Notes under the pieces: model-generated | Database searches by the model: none | The model's input: the letters and a program-made list of their open reading frames with translations, nothing else | What the model was told of the DNA's origin: nothing | Shown: in pieces, positions 50,097 through 59,375 of the stretch | Position numbering within the stretch: the first letter of the stretch is position 1 | Layout of the letters: each line of letters starts with the position of its first letter | Origin: Clostridia bacterium | Lineage (GTDB): Bacteria > Bacillota > Clostridia > Oscillospirales > CAG-272 | Direction: 5' to 3' | NCBI GenBank assembly: GCA_017411805.1 | Contig: JAFQPI010000014.1 | Span: 10,060-74,059, forward strand | Length of the DNA: 64,000 nucleotides | Program-made: the position numbers and the translations under genes

Positions 50097-50767
50097 TGCT
50101 TGTCTCCTTTTTTGCTGAATTCTATCGTGCTGATTCCCGAACGCGGAATGAAAGTTTTGTTTTTGAATCCTTCGAATGCGTCGGGCAGAATGTATGCGGT
50201 TTTTTTATCGTCAGATAAAGTTCCAAGCTTCTTTATTACTCGCACCAATGCATTGAACTCCCGTGTTACCGCTTTTGATTGGGGAGGTGATTTGCTGTCC
50301 GCGTCATAAAAAACCGACGGACACCAGAATCTTCCGTGCTCATAGCCGTTTTCGACATACTGAGGATTTGGAATATATATCGGATTCTTCTCGTATTCGC
50401 GAAGCAATTCAAAATACTTATCCGAGTCGGATATTACGGTATAACCATTTATCTGAAAATGTTTGTGTACCGGAGACATATCAACGGTTTTTTCGGGAAT
50501 TTTGCGACATATCGATACTTCGATCGCTTCCGAATCTAACTGATTGACAAATCCGTTCGAGAACGCGATTCTCCAACCGTCCTTTACAATATAAAAGTGA
50601 TGCAGAAAATTTTCTGTAGTGTACGAATCGAAAATATTCTCCTTGATACTTTCAAGCGAAAGTTTGTTTCCCGAATGGTCAAGCACGTATGCTCCGCGGC
50701 TGTATATAATATCAAGGATCTGATGAAAGTCGGATGCTGTGGCAAAAAAGCGAATCTGTCTTCCCAT
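50093..50767 (-). CDS. hypothetical cytoplasmic protein, no recognised family
   Basis: 224-aa ORF. Its stop overlaps the coaE ATG (ATGA). It is AT-richer than its neighbours. Confidence 0.6.
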   Translation of the reverse strand: MGRQIRFFATASDFHQILDIIYSRGAYVLDHSGNKLSLESIKENIFDSYTTENFLHHFYIVKDGWRIAFSNGFVNQLDSEAIEVSICRKIPEKTVDMSPVHKHFQINGYTVISDSDKYFELLREYEKNPIYIPNPQYVENGYEHGRFWCPSVFYDADSKSPPQSKAVTREFNALVRVIKKLGTLSDDKKTAYILPDAFEGFKNKTFIPRSGISTIEFSKKGDKQ

Positions 50768-50897
50768 AACTTATACTCCTAAAAATAAGCAAACTTTTGC
50801 ATTATATTATTATACATAGTACATTATAGCACATTTGAGATAAAAATGCAAGAGTTATTTTTGCGTTACGCGTTTTTGACGTTTTTTGTTTAAGCTG

Positions 50898-50926
50898 TTG
50901 CATTTTCTAAAAAAATGTAGTATAAT
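50898..50926 (+). promoter_or_regulatory. sigma-A promoter
   Basis: TTGCAT, 17 nt, TATAAT. Confidence 0.65.
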
Positions 50927-50955
50927 ATAATTTAATGACTGTGGAGGTGACTGTT

Positions 50956-52572
50956 GTGAAATCAAATAAAAAAACAATGATGAGGCTCGGCGGTTTTATG
51001 CTCACGCTCTGCATAATGATCGGTGCGCTCGGAATTTACGTAAATGCCGCGGGCGTTGACCTGAAAGAGGGAAACCATGAAAAATGGATAGACAGGATCG
51101 ATCTTACCGGCTCGGACAGTGCCGCTGATTTTTATGATTGGCTCGTGGAAAACAGCGACGGAGACGGAAAGAACGATGCTCTGATAGATCCCGCGCATGC
51201 ATCCAATCTGGACGGCAGTTACGTCTATATTATCAAAGAACTTAAAGGAACTGCCGAGTTCAGTTATCAGACGGGAGGCAACGTATCATCCGCGGCAAAG
51301 AAGGCCGCCGAGGCTGCGGTCCTTCAAGCAACCGAACCCGCTGATGACGACCAGCCCATCCTCAATGCTGCCTTTGACGCATTTGAACGCGATCATCCGG
51401 AGGTCTTCTGGCTGAGCGGAAGCAGAGTTTTCAATACGAGAACCACATACTCCTACTCTTACGGAGGAGGTAGCGGAAGCGTTGACTATCAGTGCTGTTT
51501 TTATTTTGCTTTGAAGAGCTCGACCTTTGATATACGCCTGAAGGATCTCTATCCGAGCGTTTCCTCGATTAAAACCGCCATTGCGGCGCGCGATGCCGCC
51601 GTTGATGCTATTATCGGTTCTATGAGCGCAGAGACCGATTATGACCGTATCGTATATCTGAACAATTGGCTTACGACAAATAACTGCTATAACGCGAATA
51701 TTTCCACGGCTACCAAGAATGCATGGAAGTGTATAAGCGCGCTTACGGGTTATGCGGGTAACAATAAAAATGCTCCGGTATGTGAGGGCTACGCAAGGGC
51801 GCTGAAGGTGCTTTGCGACAAGATAGATATCCCCTGCGTACTTGTCAACGGAGACGCGCTGGATAACGACGGAAACGCAGGCGCGCATATGTGGAATTAC
51901 GTTGAGCTTGACGGTGCCTGGTATGCCGTTGACGTGACGTGGAACGATCCCACGGTATACGGTGTTACAAAGAAAGCTTCGGGATACGAGCGAGAAGACT
52001 ATTTGCTTGTCGGAAGCAAAACGCTGGTAAGCGGCAATACAAGTTTTTCGGAAAATCATATAATTGACAATACCGCAAGCGTGGGTGGTACGTCATTTGT
52101 CAACGGTCCCGTGCTTTCCGAGAACGAGTATACTCTACCCATTGAAACAGGCGTAAAGGTTAATACTTATTCTGCGGGCGTAACCTATTCCGCAGAGGAG
52201 CAGATCGTTACCGTGACTCATTCATCCGCATGCCGGGTGGGTTATCTCAAGGACGGAGAGTACGTAACGCTTACCGCTTGTCAGAATCCCGACGGCAGTT
52301 ATAGCTTTGAGGTACCCGAGGACGTAAAAAGCGTGCTGCTTATCGTCATAGGAGACGTGGATTTTGACGGAGATCTTGATGCGGAAGACAATGCCGTTAT
52401 TGCAAGATCGCTGTTGCCGTCGTCAAGCGATGCGTATGTACCCATGGGAGCCGAACAATGCTTTGCCGCGGACGTCAACGGCAACGGAGAGATAAACTCC
52501 GCGGATAAGATTCTGATTGCGCGCAGCTACCTTGACACTACACATCCTCTTCATTTGCCCATTTCATGGTAA
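50956..52572 (+). CDS. secreted transglutaminase-like cysteine-protease-fold protein with C-terminal dockerin
   Basis: GTG start 6 nt after GGAGGTG. Signal peptide. Core CEGYARALKVLC...AHMWNYV...AVDVTWND (Cys-His-Asp). Dockerin repeats GDVDFDGDLDAEDN and DVNGNGEINSADK. Confidence 0.8.
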   Translation: MKSNKKTMMRLGGFMLTLCIMIGALGIYVNAAGVDLKEGNHEKWIDRIDLTGSDSAADFYDWLVENSDGDGKNDALIDPAHASNLDGSYVYIIKELKGTAEFSYQTGGNVSSAAKKAAEAAVLQATEPADDDQPILNAAFDAFERDHPEVFWLSGSRVFNTRTTYSYSYGGGSGSVDYQCCFYFALKSSTFDIRLKDLYPSVSSIKTAIAARDAAVDAIIGSMSAETDYDRIVYLNNWLTTNNCYNANISTATKNAWKCISALTGYAGNNKNAPVCEGYARALKVLCDKIDIPCVLVNGDALDNDGNAGAHMWNYVELDGAWYAVDVTWNDPTVYGVTKKASGYEREDYLLVGSKTLVSGNTSFSENHIIDNTASVGGTSFVNGPVLSENEYTLPIETGVKVNTYSAGVTYSAEEQIVTVTHSSACRVGYLKDGEYVTLTACQNPDGSYSFEVPEDVKSVLLIVIGDVDFDGDLDAEDNAVIARSLLPSSSDAYVPMGAEQCFAADVNGNGEINSADKILIARSYLDTTHPLHLPISW

Positions 52573-52578
52573 AATTTC

Positions 52579-52620
52579 AAACTGCAGAGCCGATTTCGGT
52601 TCTGCAGTTTATATTTTTTC
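52579..52620 (+). terminator. rho-independent terminator
   Basis: AAACTGCAGA...TCTGCAGTTT hairpin followed by a T-rich run. Confidence 0.75.
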
Positions 52621-52638
52621 CCGATTTGTTTTTTTCTG

Positions 52639-52667
52639 TTGCAAATTCCTAAAAATTGTTGTATAAT
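52639..52667 (+). promoter_or_regulatory. sigma-A promoter
   Basis: TTGCAA, 17 nt, TATAAT. About 40 nt closely resemble the promoter at 50898-50926. Confidence 0.65.
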
Positions 52668-52697
52668 ATAATTTGAGAAAGTATGGAGGTACGTAAA

Positions 52698-53387
52698 ATG
52701 TCCTTAGAATATAAATGGCTTCTTTTCGATGCAGACGATACTCTGCTTGATTTCAAGCTCGGAGAAAAGAGAGCGATCACCGCTACCTTTGAGTCGGTAG
52801 GCCTGCCGACAGATGATGAGGTCATCGAAACCTACAGCCAAATCAACGACAATCTCTGGAAGATGCTTGAGCGCGGAGAGGTGACCAAGGATCGCCTCAA
52901 GGTCCTTCGTTTCGAGCGGTTCTGCGAGCATTACGGCTTTGATCTTGACGGTGCGATGCTTGCCGATGCTTACGTCGGCAATCTGATGAAGCAGACGGTG
53001 CTCCTCGACGGTGCGGAGGAGGTCTGTCGCGCACTTTACGGCAAGTATAAAATGTACATCATCACCAACGGTATCGAGGCGGTACAGAAGGCTCGCTTCG
53101 GCGGTTGCGCGATCAGGGATTATTTCGATAAATGCTACATCTCGGACACCATCGGCGTTGCAAAGCCGAAGAAGGGATTCTTCGACGCGGTAGCGGCGGA
53201 TATTCCCGATTTCGATAAGTCGCAGGCTCTCGTAATCGGCGATTCGCTTACCTCGGATATCAAGGGCGGCGTCGAGTACGGAATCGACACCTGCTGGCTC
53301 AACCCCAAGGGAAAGGAAGTTCCCGAGGGAATGAACATCACCTACGTTATCAAGGACATCCGCGATGTTCTTGAAATTTTGGAGTAA
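52698..53387 (+). CDS. HAD-IA hydrolase, YjjG-like nucleotidase
   Basis: LLFDADDTLLDF motif I and GDSLTSDIKGG motif. SD GGAGGT. Confidence 0.75.
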   Translation: MSLEYKWLLFDADDTLLDFKLGEKRAITATFESVGLPTDDEVIETYSQINDNLWKMLERGEVTKDRLKVLRFERFCEHYGFDLDGAMLADAYVGNLMKQTVLLDGAEEVCRALYGKYKMYIITNGIEAVQKARFGGCAIRDYFDKCYISDTIGVAKPKKGFFDAVAADIPDFDKSQALVIGDSLTSDIKGGVEYGIDTCWLNPKGKEVPEGMNITYVIKDIRDVLEILE

Positions 53388-53389
53388 AT

Positions 53390-54319
53390 ATGGACAGAGA
53401 TCTTGTTTTGTTGTCGCTTATGCGAAAATATGAAAAAGAGGGAATAGAATGCCAGAATGCGCTGCCGCTTTCCTCGAAATCAAGCTTCAAAATCGGCGGA
53501 AAAGCCGATCTTGCAGTCTTTCCGAAGAATACGTCGGAGCTTGAATATGTCGTTGCGTATCTTACGGATCGCGAGATCCCCTACATCATCGTCGGCAACG
53601 GCTCGAATATCCTTTTTGAGGACGAGGGATACCGCGGATGCGTGATCTTCACCGAGAAGATGAATGATGTGAAAATCGAGGGCAACCGTATTTATGCGGG
53701 TGTGGGAACGTCGTTTACCGCTCTTGCTTCGAAGGCGAAAGCGGCTTCGCTGACGGGACTTGAATTTGCTTACGGCATCCCCGGAAGCGTGGGCGGTGCG
53801 GTCGTAATGAACGCGGGCGCGTACGGCGGACAGACTGCCGACGTGCTTGAATCCTGCGATGTGTTCGATGCGGAAAAATGCGAATTATATACGCTTACAA
53901 AGGACGAAATGAAGCTTTCTTACCGCCACAGCGTTTTGTCGGAAAATAAGAATCTTATCTGTGTCGGCGCGACCTTTACCCTCAAAGAGGGTAATAAGGA
54001 GGAGATCGACGCCGTTATGCGCGATCTTATGCAGAGAAGAATATCAAAACAGCCGCTCGAATATCCGAGCGCGGGAAGCGTTTTCAAGCGTCCCGCCCCC
54101 GATCTGTTCGTCGGCAAAATGATCGAGGATTCAGGACTCAAGGGATACACCGTGGGCGGTGCGCAGGTCTCGGAAAAGCACGCGGGATTTATTATCAACG
54201 TCGGCGGAGCTACCGCCAAAGACGTCCTCGGTCTCGTTGAGCATATCCAATCGGTTATCAAGAAGAATTACGGCGTCGAGCTCGAATGTGAGATACGCAG
54301 GGTAGGTACCGGCGAATGA
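53390..54319 (+). CDS. murB: UDP-N-acetylmuramate dehydrogenase
   Basis: FAD-binding VVGNGSNIL, and GAGASV-like plus SAGSVFKRP blocks. Confidence 0.85.
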   Translation: MDRDLVLLSLMRKYEKEGIECQNALPLSSKSSFKIGGKADLAVFPKNTSELEYVVAYLTDREIPYIIVGNGSNILFEDEGYRGCVIFTEKMNDVKIEGNRIYAGVGTSFTALASKAKAASLTGLEFAYGIPGSVGGAVVMNAGAYGGQTADVLESCDVFDAEKCELYTLTKDEMKLSYRHSVLSENKNLICVGATFTLKEGNKEEIDAVMRDLMQRRISKQPLEYPSAGSVFKRPAPDLFVGKMIEDSGLKGYTVGGAQVSEKHAGFIINVGGATAKDVLGLVEHIQSVIKKNYGVELECEIRRVGTGE

Positions 54320-55194
54320 AGAGCTTTACCGAGCGCGTAAGAGAGGAGCTGGCGGATAATCTGCATTCGCCGCAGTGCTGCCGCCGATCAATGCTCTTCG
54401 GCATACTCATAAACGCAGATCGCTCGCCGGACGGCGGAGTTTACGCCAAGCTTTCGGGCAGGACGTCGTCCGAACTGATGCTAAGGCTTCTCCGTGAGAC
54501 ATACGGAAGGGAAGCGGCAGCGGAATATTCGAACAGCTACGGCCGCGTGTCTGCCGAGATAGGTTTTTCATCGGAAAAGCTTGCAGATAAGCTTCGAGAA
54601 CTTTCTTCGGGTGACGTGACGCCTCTTTTCAGATGTGCCGACTGTACCGCAGCTTTTCTCGCGGGAGTCCTGCTTTCGTCGGCAAATTTCTCAAATCCCG
54701 ACCGCGAATCGCGGATCGAGATCAGAATAAACGACCCTGCACGTGCGGAAACGTTGGCAAATTTCTTCTCCGAGCTCGGACACACTCCGTCGAGGTCGGA
54801 AAGAGACGGTCTTTCCTCGCTGATCTTCAAAAGATCGGAGGACGTTGAGGATATTCTGACTATCGCGGGCGCAGTCTCGTCGGTCATGGAGCTGATGCAG
54901 GGCAAGCTGATGCGCGAGCTCCGCGGTCAGATCAACCGCAATTCTAACTGCGAGATCAGAAATATCGGACGCGCCGCCGTTGCCGCAAAGGCACAAGTGG
55001 AAGCGATAAAGGAGATACGCGCGAGCGGACTCTTTGCCGCGCTTCCCGATGAGCTCAAGGAGACCGCAACTTTGCGCGAGGATTTTCCCGAGATATCTCT
55101 CTCCGAGCTTGCGGCAAAGCATTCGCCGGCTATAACTAAGTCGGGTCTGAATCACAGACTCAAAAAGCTTCTCGCGCTGGCGGGAAAAGATTAA
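54316..55194 (+). CDS. whiA: DNA-binding protein WhiA
   Basis: N-terminal SFTERVREEL...CCRRSML pattern and C-terminal HTH (SELAAKHSPAITKSGLNHRLKKL). Confidence 0.8.
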   Translation: MKSFTERVREELADNLHSPQCCRRSMLFGILINADRSPDGGVYAKLSGRTSSELMLRLLRETYGREAAAEYSNSYGRVSAEIGFSSEKLADKLRELSSGDVTPLFRCADCTAAFLAGVLLSSANFSNPDRESRIEIRINDPARAETLANFFSELGHTPSRSERDGLSSLIFKRSEDVEDILTIAGAVSSVMELMQGKLMRELRGQINRNSNCEIRNIGRAAVAAKAQVEAIKEIRASGLFAALPDELKETATLREDFPEISLSELAAKHSPAITKSGLNHRLKKLLALAGKD

Positions 55195-55214
55195 AATTAT
55201 AAGGAGGTGCGGTG

Positions 55215-58200
55215 ATGGGAGATTTCGTTCATCTGCATCTGCATACCGAATACAGTCTTCTTGACGGCGCGTGCCGTATCAAGGATATCCCCGAGGCGGT
55301 CATCGCGGCGGGGCATTCTGCCGTTGCAATGACCGATCACGGCGGAATGTACGGCACTATGCAATTCTACCGTACCTGCCGCGAAAAGGGTATCAAGCCC
55401 ATTATCGGATGCGAGGTCTACGTCGCGCCCGGATCGCGCTTTGACAGAGTTCCGGGGCGAGAGGGAGGTTCGCATCATCTCGTTCTCCTTTGCGAAAACG
55501 AGACGGGCTACAGAAACCTCACGTATATGGTCTCAAAGGCGTTTACCGAGGGATTTTACTCTCGCCCGAGAGTTGATCTTGACCTTCTGAGACACCACAG
55601 CGAGGGGATCATCGCGCTCTCTGCGTGTCTCTCGGGCGAGATACCGTCCGCTCTTTCCGCGGGCGACCGCGAGAGAGCCGAGACGATCGCAAAGACATAT
55701 AAGCAGATCTTTGGCAAGGATCATTTCTATATCGAGCTCCAAAACCACGGTATTGCCGAGGAAAGACAGATCTTGCCCGATCTTTACGAAATGGCGCGTG
55801 AGCTCGACATTCCCGTTGTTGCGACCAACGACGTTCATTATCTGCGCAAGAGCGACGCACGAGCGCAGACGGTCCTTATGTGCATCCAGACCAACACAAC
55901 GATGGCGGACGGCGCGAGACCCGGCTTTGAAACCGAAGAATTTTACTATAAATCCACCGCCGAGATGGAGCGCCTTTTCGGCGGCTTTGAGGGCGCGATC
56001 GAGAATACCGTGAAGATCGCGGAAAGATGCGGGCTCGAGCTTGAGCACGAGGGATATCTCCTGCCAACTTATCCTCTTAATGAGGGTGAAAACGCGGCGG
56101 ATATTCTCCGTCTGCGTACCTACGAGGGCATCGAAAGGCTTATGCTCGCGGGCAGAATTCCCGCGGAAGGCTTTGAACTCAAGGATTACATCGAGCGCGC
56201 AGATTACGAGCTTGACGTTATCCATTCTATGGGCTTTGACGACTACTTTCTGATCGTTTCCGACTACGTCGGATTTGCAAAGGGCGCGGGTATTCCCGTC
56301 GGTCCCGGAAGAGGCTCGGGATGCGGAAGCCTCGTTGCTTTCGGAACGGGGATCACGGATATCGACCCGCTTCGCTTTGATCTGCTCTTTGAGCGTTTCC
56401 TCAATCCCGAGCGTGTCAGTATGCCCGATATCGATATCGACTTTTGCTACAACCGTCGCGACGAGGTCCTGGCTTACGTCAAGGATAAGTACGGTTCGGA
56501 CCGCGTTTCGCAGATCATAACCTTCGGCACACTTGCCGCGCGTGCCGCCATCCGCGATTGCGGACGCGCACTCGGTATGAGTTATGCCGACGTCGACGAG
56601 ATCGCAAAGCTCGTTCCGCGCGAGCTTGACGTGACGATAGATCAGGCTCTGATCGTTCCCGCGCTGAAGGAAAAATACAATTCCTCGGACGAGATACGCG
56701 AGCTGATCGACACTGCGCGCCTGCTTGAGGGAATGCCGAGAAACGTCTCGATCCACGCTGCGGGCGTCGTTATAACAAAGCGTCCCGTCTATGAATATCT
56801 GCCGCTTGCGGTATCGAGCGGAAATACCGTGACACAATTCGATATGGACACGGTAGCCTCGCTCGGGCTACTGAAATTCGACTTCCTTGCGCTGCGTTAT
56901 CTGACGATAATCGACGACGCGGTGAAGATGATCAAGGAGAGAAGACCCGATTTCGATATTGAAAAAGTAGATCTCTCTGACAAAAAGACCTATGAGCTGA
57001 TCTCATCGGGTCAGACGAGCGGAGTATTTCAGCTTGAATCCTCGGGAATGAGGGCGATGCTGACTAATCTCTGTCCCGAATCGATCGACGATATTCTTGC
57101 GGCGATAGCACTCTACCGCCCGGGACCTATGGAGTCGATCCCGAAATATATCGAGGGTAAGAACAACCCCGAAAAGGTTGAATACGCCCATCCGCTCCTC
57201 GAGCCGATACTCCGTCCTACCTACGGTTGCATTGTTTATCAGGAGCAGGTTATGAATATCTTCCGCACGGTCGCGGGCTTCTCCTTCGGACGTGCCGATA
57301 TCGTGCGCCGCGCGATGTCGAAGAAAAAGGCATCCGCGCTTGCGGCGGAGAGGGATAATTTTGTCAACGGTGCAGCAGAGAGGGGAATAGATCGTGAGAC
57401 CGCCGAAAAACTCTTCGAGGATATGTCGAGCTTTGCTTCATACGCCTTCAACAAGAGCCATGCCGCGGCTTACGCTATGCTCTCCTTCAGGACCGCGTAT
57501 CTGAAGGCTCATTATCCGCGCGAGTATTTCTCGGCACTGCTGACCTCGGTGCTCGGAAATGCCGATAAGATTGCGGAGTATATCGCCGAGGCAAACCGCG
57601 CGGGAATACGTGTCCTTCCTCCGGATATCAACCGCAGTATGCTTGATTTCCACGTCAGCGGAGATGATATCACCTTCGGTCTGCTGGCACTTAAAAACGT
57701 CGGACGTCAGTTCGTCGATAAGCTCATCCTCGAGCGCATAGACAGACCCTTTGCATCATTCTCGGATTTTATCGAGAGAATGTCGGAGAATGACCTCAAC
57801 CGCCGTATGGTCGAGTCGCTGATCAAGGCGGGCGCGTTCGATTCGCTCGGAGTTTACCGTTCGAGGCTGCTTGCAACGCTCGATGAGGCTCTTATGGCGA
57901 TCTCGCGCAAGAATAAGGGCAACATTTCGGGGCAGATGGATATGTTCTCTATGCCCGATTCGGTTGCGGGCGGCGGCGAGAGCATAGTTTATCCCGAGAT
58001 CCCCGAGTTTTCAACCAAGGATCTGCTCTATATGGAGCGCGAGGCGGCGGGACTCTTCTTCTCGGGTCATCTGCTTGACGGCTACGGGCTTCATATCAAG
58101 TCGCTTAATCCGCAGAGTATCGTAGAGATCACGGGCAGCGAGGATGAGGAAGACCCCGATACGCTCGAGGACGGCGCAAAGGTCTGCGTCTGCGGAATTG

Positions 58201-58736
58201 TTTCATCGGTAACGCAAAAAACGACCCGCAAGGGCGACGGCATGGCTTTTGCCACCCTTGAGGACCGTTCGGGCTCGCTTGAGCTTGTTGTGTTTTCAAA
58301 GCAATATGAAGCTTACCGCAGGCATATCGAGGAGGATAACGCCGTCTGCGTGACGGGGACGGTATCGCGCCGCGAGGGCGAGAGAGGAAAGATCCTCGTC
58401 AACACAGCCGCGATGCTTCTGACCGACGAGGAATTCAAGCGCAGACAGGCAAAGCCGACTCCCGCGCCGACACCGGTTCGGCAGGTCAAGCAGACTCCCG
58501 TTCAGGCACAGAAAAAGGCACCGAGCGTGGTCTATATCCGCGTCCCGTCGAAGAACTCCGAGATCTACAAAAAATGCGAAAATATCGTGGAGATCTTCGA
58601 GGGCTTCACCCGCGTCAGCTTCTATTTTGCCGATACGAAAAAGTATGCCGATCATCCGCATGGAATGGTTATCGGAGAGGTTCAGATAGCCGAGCTATGC
58701 CGCCTTGCGGGAAAAGATTCGGTAGTAATCAAATAA
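55215..58736 (+). CDS. dnaE: DNA polymerase III alpha subunit (DnaE type)
   Basis: PHP N-terminus FVHLHLHTEYSLLDG, with palm and finger blocks. About 1170 aa. SD AAGGAGGTG. Confidence 0.9.
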   Translation: MGDFVHLHLHTEYSLLDGACRIKDIPEAVIAAGHSAVAMTDHGGMYGTMQFYRTCREKGIKPIIGCEVYVAPGSRFDRVPGREGGSHHLVLLCENETGYRNLTYMVSKAFTEGFYSRPRVDLDLLRHHSEGIIALSACLSGEIPSALSAGDRERAETIAKTYKQIFGKDHFYIELQNHGIAEERQILPDLYEMARELDIPVVATNDVHYLRKSDARAQTVLMCIQTNTTMADGARPGFETEEFYYKSTAEMERLFGGFEGAIENTVKIAERCGLELEHEGYLLPTYPLNEGENAADILRLRTYEGIERLMLAGRIPAEGFELKDYIERADYELDVIHSMGFDDYFLIVSDYVGFAKGAGIPVGPGRGSGCGSLVAFGTGITDIDPLRFDLLFERFLNPERVSMPDIDIDFCYNRRDEVLAYVKDKYGSDRVSQIITFGTLAARAAIRDCGRALGMSYADVDEIAKLVPRELDVTIDQALIVPALKEKYNSSDEIRELIDTARLLEGMPRNVSIHAAGVVITKRPVYEYLPLAVSSGNTVTQFDMDTVASLGLLKFDFLALRYLTIIDDAVKMIKERRPDFDIEKVDLSDKKTYELISSGQTSGVFQLESSGMRAMLTNLCPESIDDILAAIALYRPGPMESIPKYIEGKNNPEKVEYAHPLLEPILRPTYGCIVYQEQVMNIFRTVAGFSFGRADIVRRAMSKKKASALAAERDNFVNGAAERGIDRETAEKLFEDMSSFASYAFNKSHAAAYAMLSFRTAYLKAHYPREYFSALLTSVLGNADKIAEYIAEANRAGIRVLPPDINRSMLDFHVSGDDITFGLLALKNVGRQFVDKLILERIDRPFASFSDFIERMSENDLNRRMVESLIKAGAFDSLGVYRSRLLATLDEALMAISRKNKGNISGQMDMFSMPDSVAGGGESIVYPEIPEFSTKDLLYMEREAAGLFFSGHLLDGYGLHIKSLNPQSIVEITGSEDEEDPDTLEDGAKVCVCGIVSSVTQKTTRKGDGMAFATLEDRSGSLELVVFSKQYEAYRRHIEEDNAVCVTGTVSRREGERGKILVNTAAMLLTDEEFKRRQAKPTPAPTPVRQVKQTPVQAQKKAPSVVYIRVPSKNSEIYKKCENIVEIFEGFTRVSFYFADTKKYADHPHGMVIGEVQIAELCRLAGKDSVVIK

Positions 58737-58748
58737 TATCTATGGTTT

Positions 58749-59252
58749 TTATGAAATGAGGTCGTAAATCGCTTCCATCGCGCTCTCAGGGTCGGAAAAA
58801 GCTATTCCTTTGATAAGTGTTTCCCGATCCTTCGGGTGAAGCGCGGAGGTGTCGGCTATTCTTTCGTATATCTTGTTGCCGAGGCTGTCGGTTATGACCA
58901 ATCGGTCTCCCGAAATCGAAAGGATGAAGCTTTCCTCATATACGGTGGTATCATCGGAGGACTCATTCTCGGTGTTATCCTCCTTGATTGTTTCTGATTG
59001 GTCTGCTTTCGAGATCTCGGTCATATCTGTTTGCTCGGTGAGATTGCTTTCGGTGCTTGCGGTCGTCTCGTCAATCGAGGTTTGCTCGGGCGGTTTACAA
59101 GCCATTTCCGTAACCGAGACGGTTTCCCCCGCCTCATCGGTCACAAGTGCGGCGCTGTAGGTCCGCGCGACCGAGAAAACAGCGAACGCCGAAACGACAA
59201 GGGATGCCACCGATACCACGACTAAGGATACTATCAGATTTTTGCTGTTCAT
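58749..59252 (-). CDS. membrane-anchored hypothetical protein with acidic S/T/E-rich linker
   Basis: N-terminal TM helix LIVSLVVVSVASLVVSAFAVF. No family recognised. Confidence 0.55.
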   Translation of the reverse strand: MNSKNLIVSLVVVSVASLVVSAFAVFSVARTYSAALVTDEAGETVSVTEMACKPPEQTSIDETTASTESNLTEQTDMTEISKADQSETIKEDNTENESSDDTTVYEESFILSISGDRLVITDSLGNKIYERIADTSALHPKDRETLIKGIAFSDPESAMEAIYDLIS

Positions 59253-59375
59253 TTTTTATCCTTTACAAATATTTTTTGCTTACGCTAAAGATATTATCGA
59301 CCGATATTCATAAAATATTCAAAAACGTATGATAATATGGTATAAGAACCAACGCTCAACAAATGGAGACACTAT

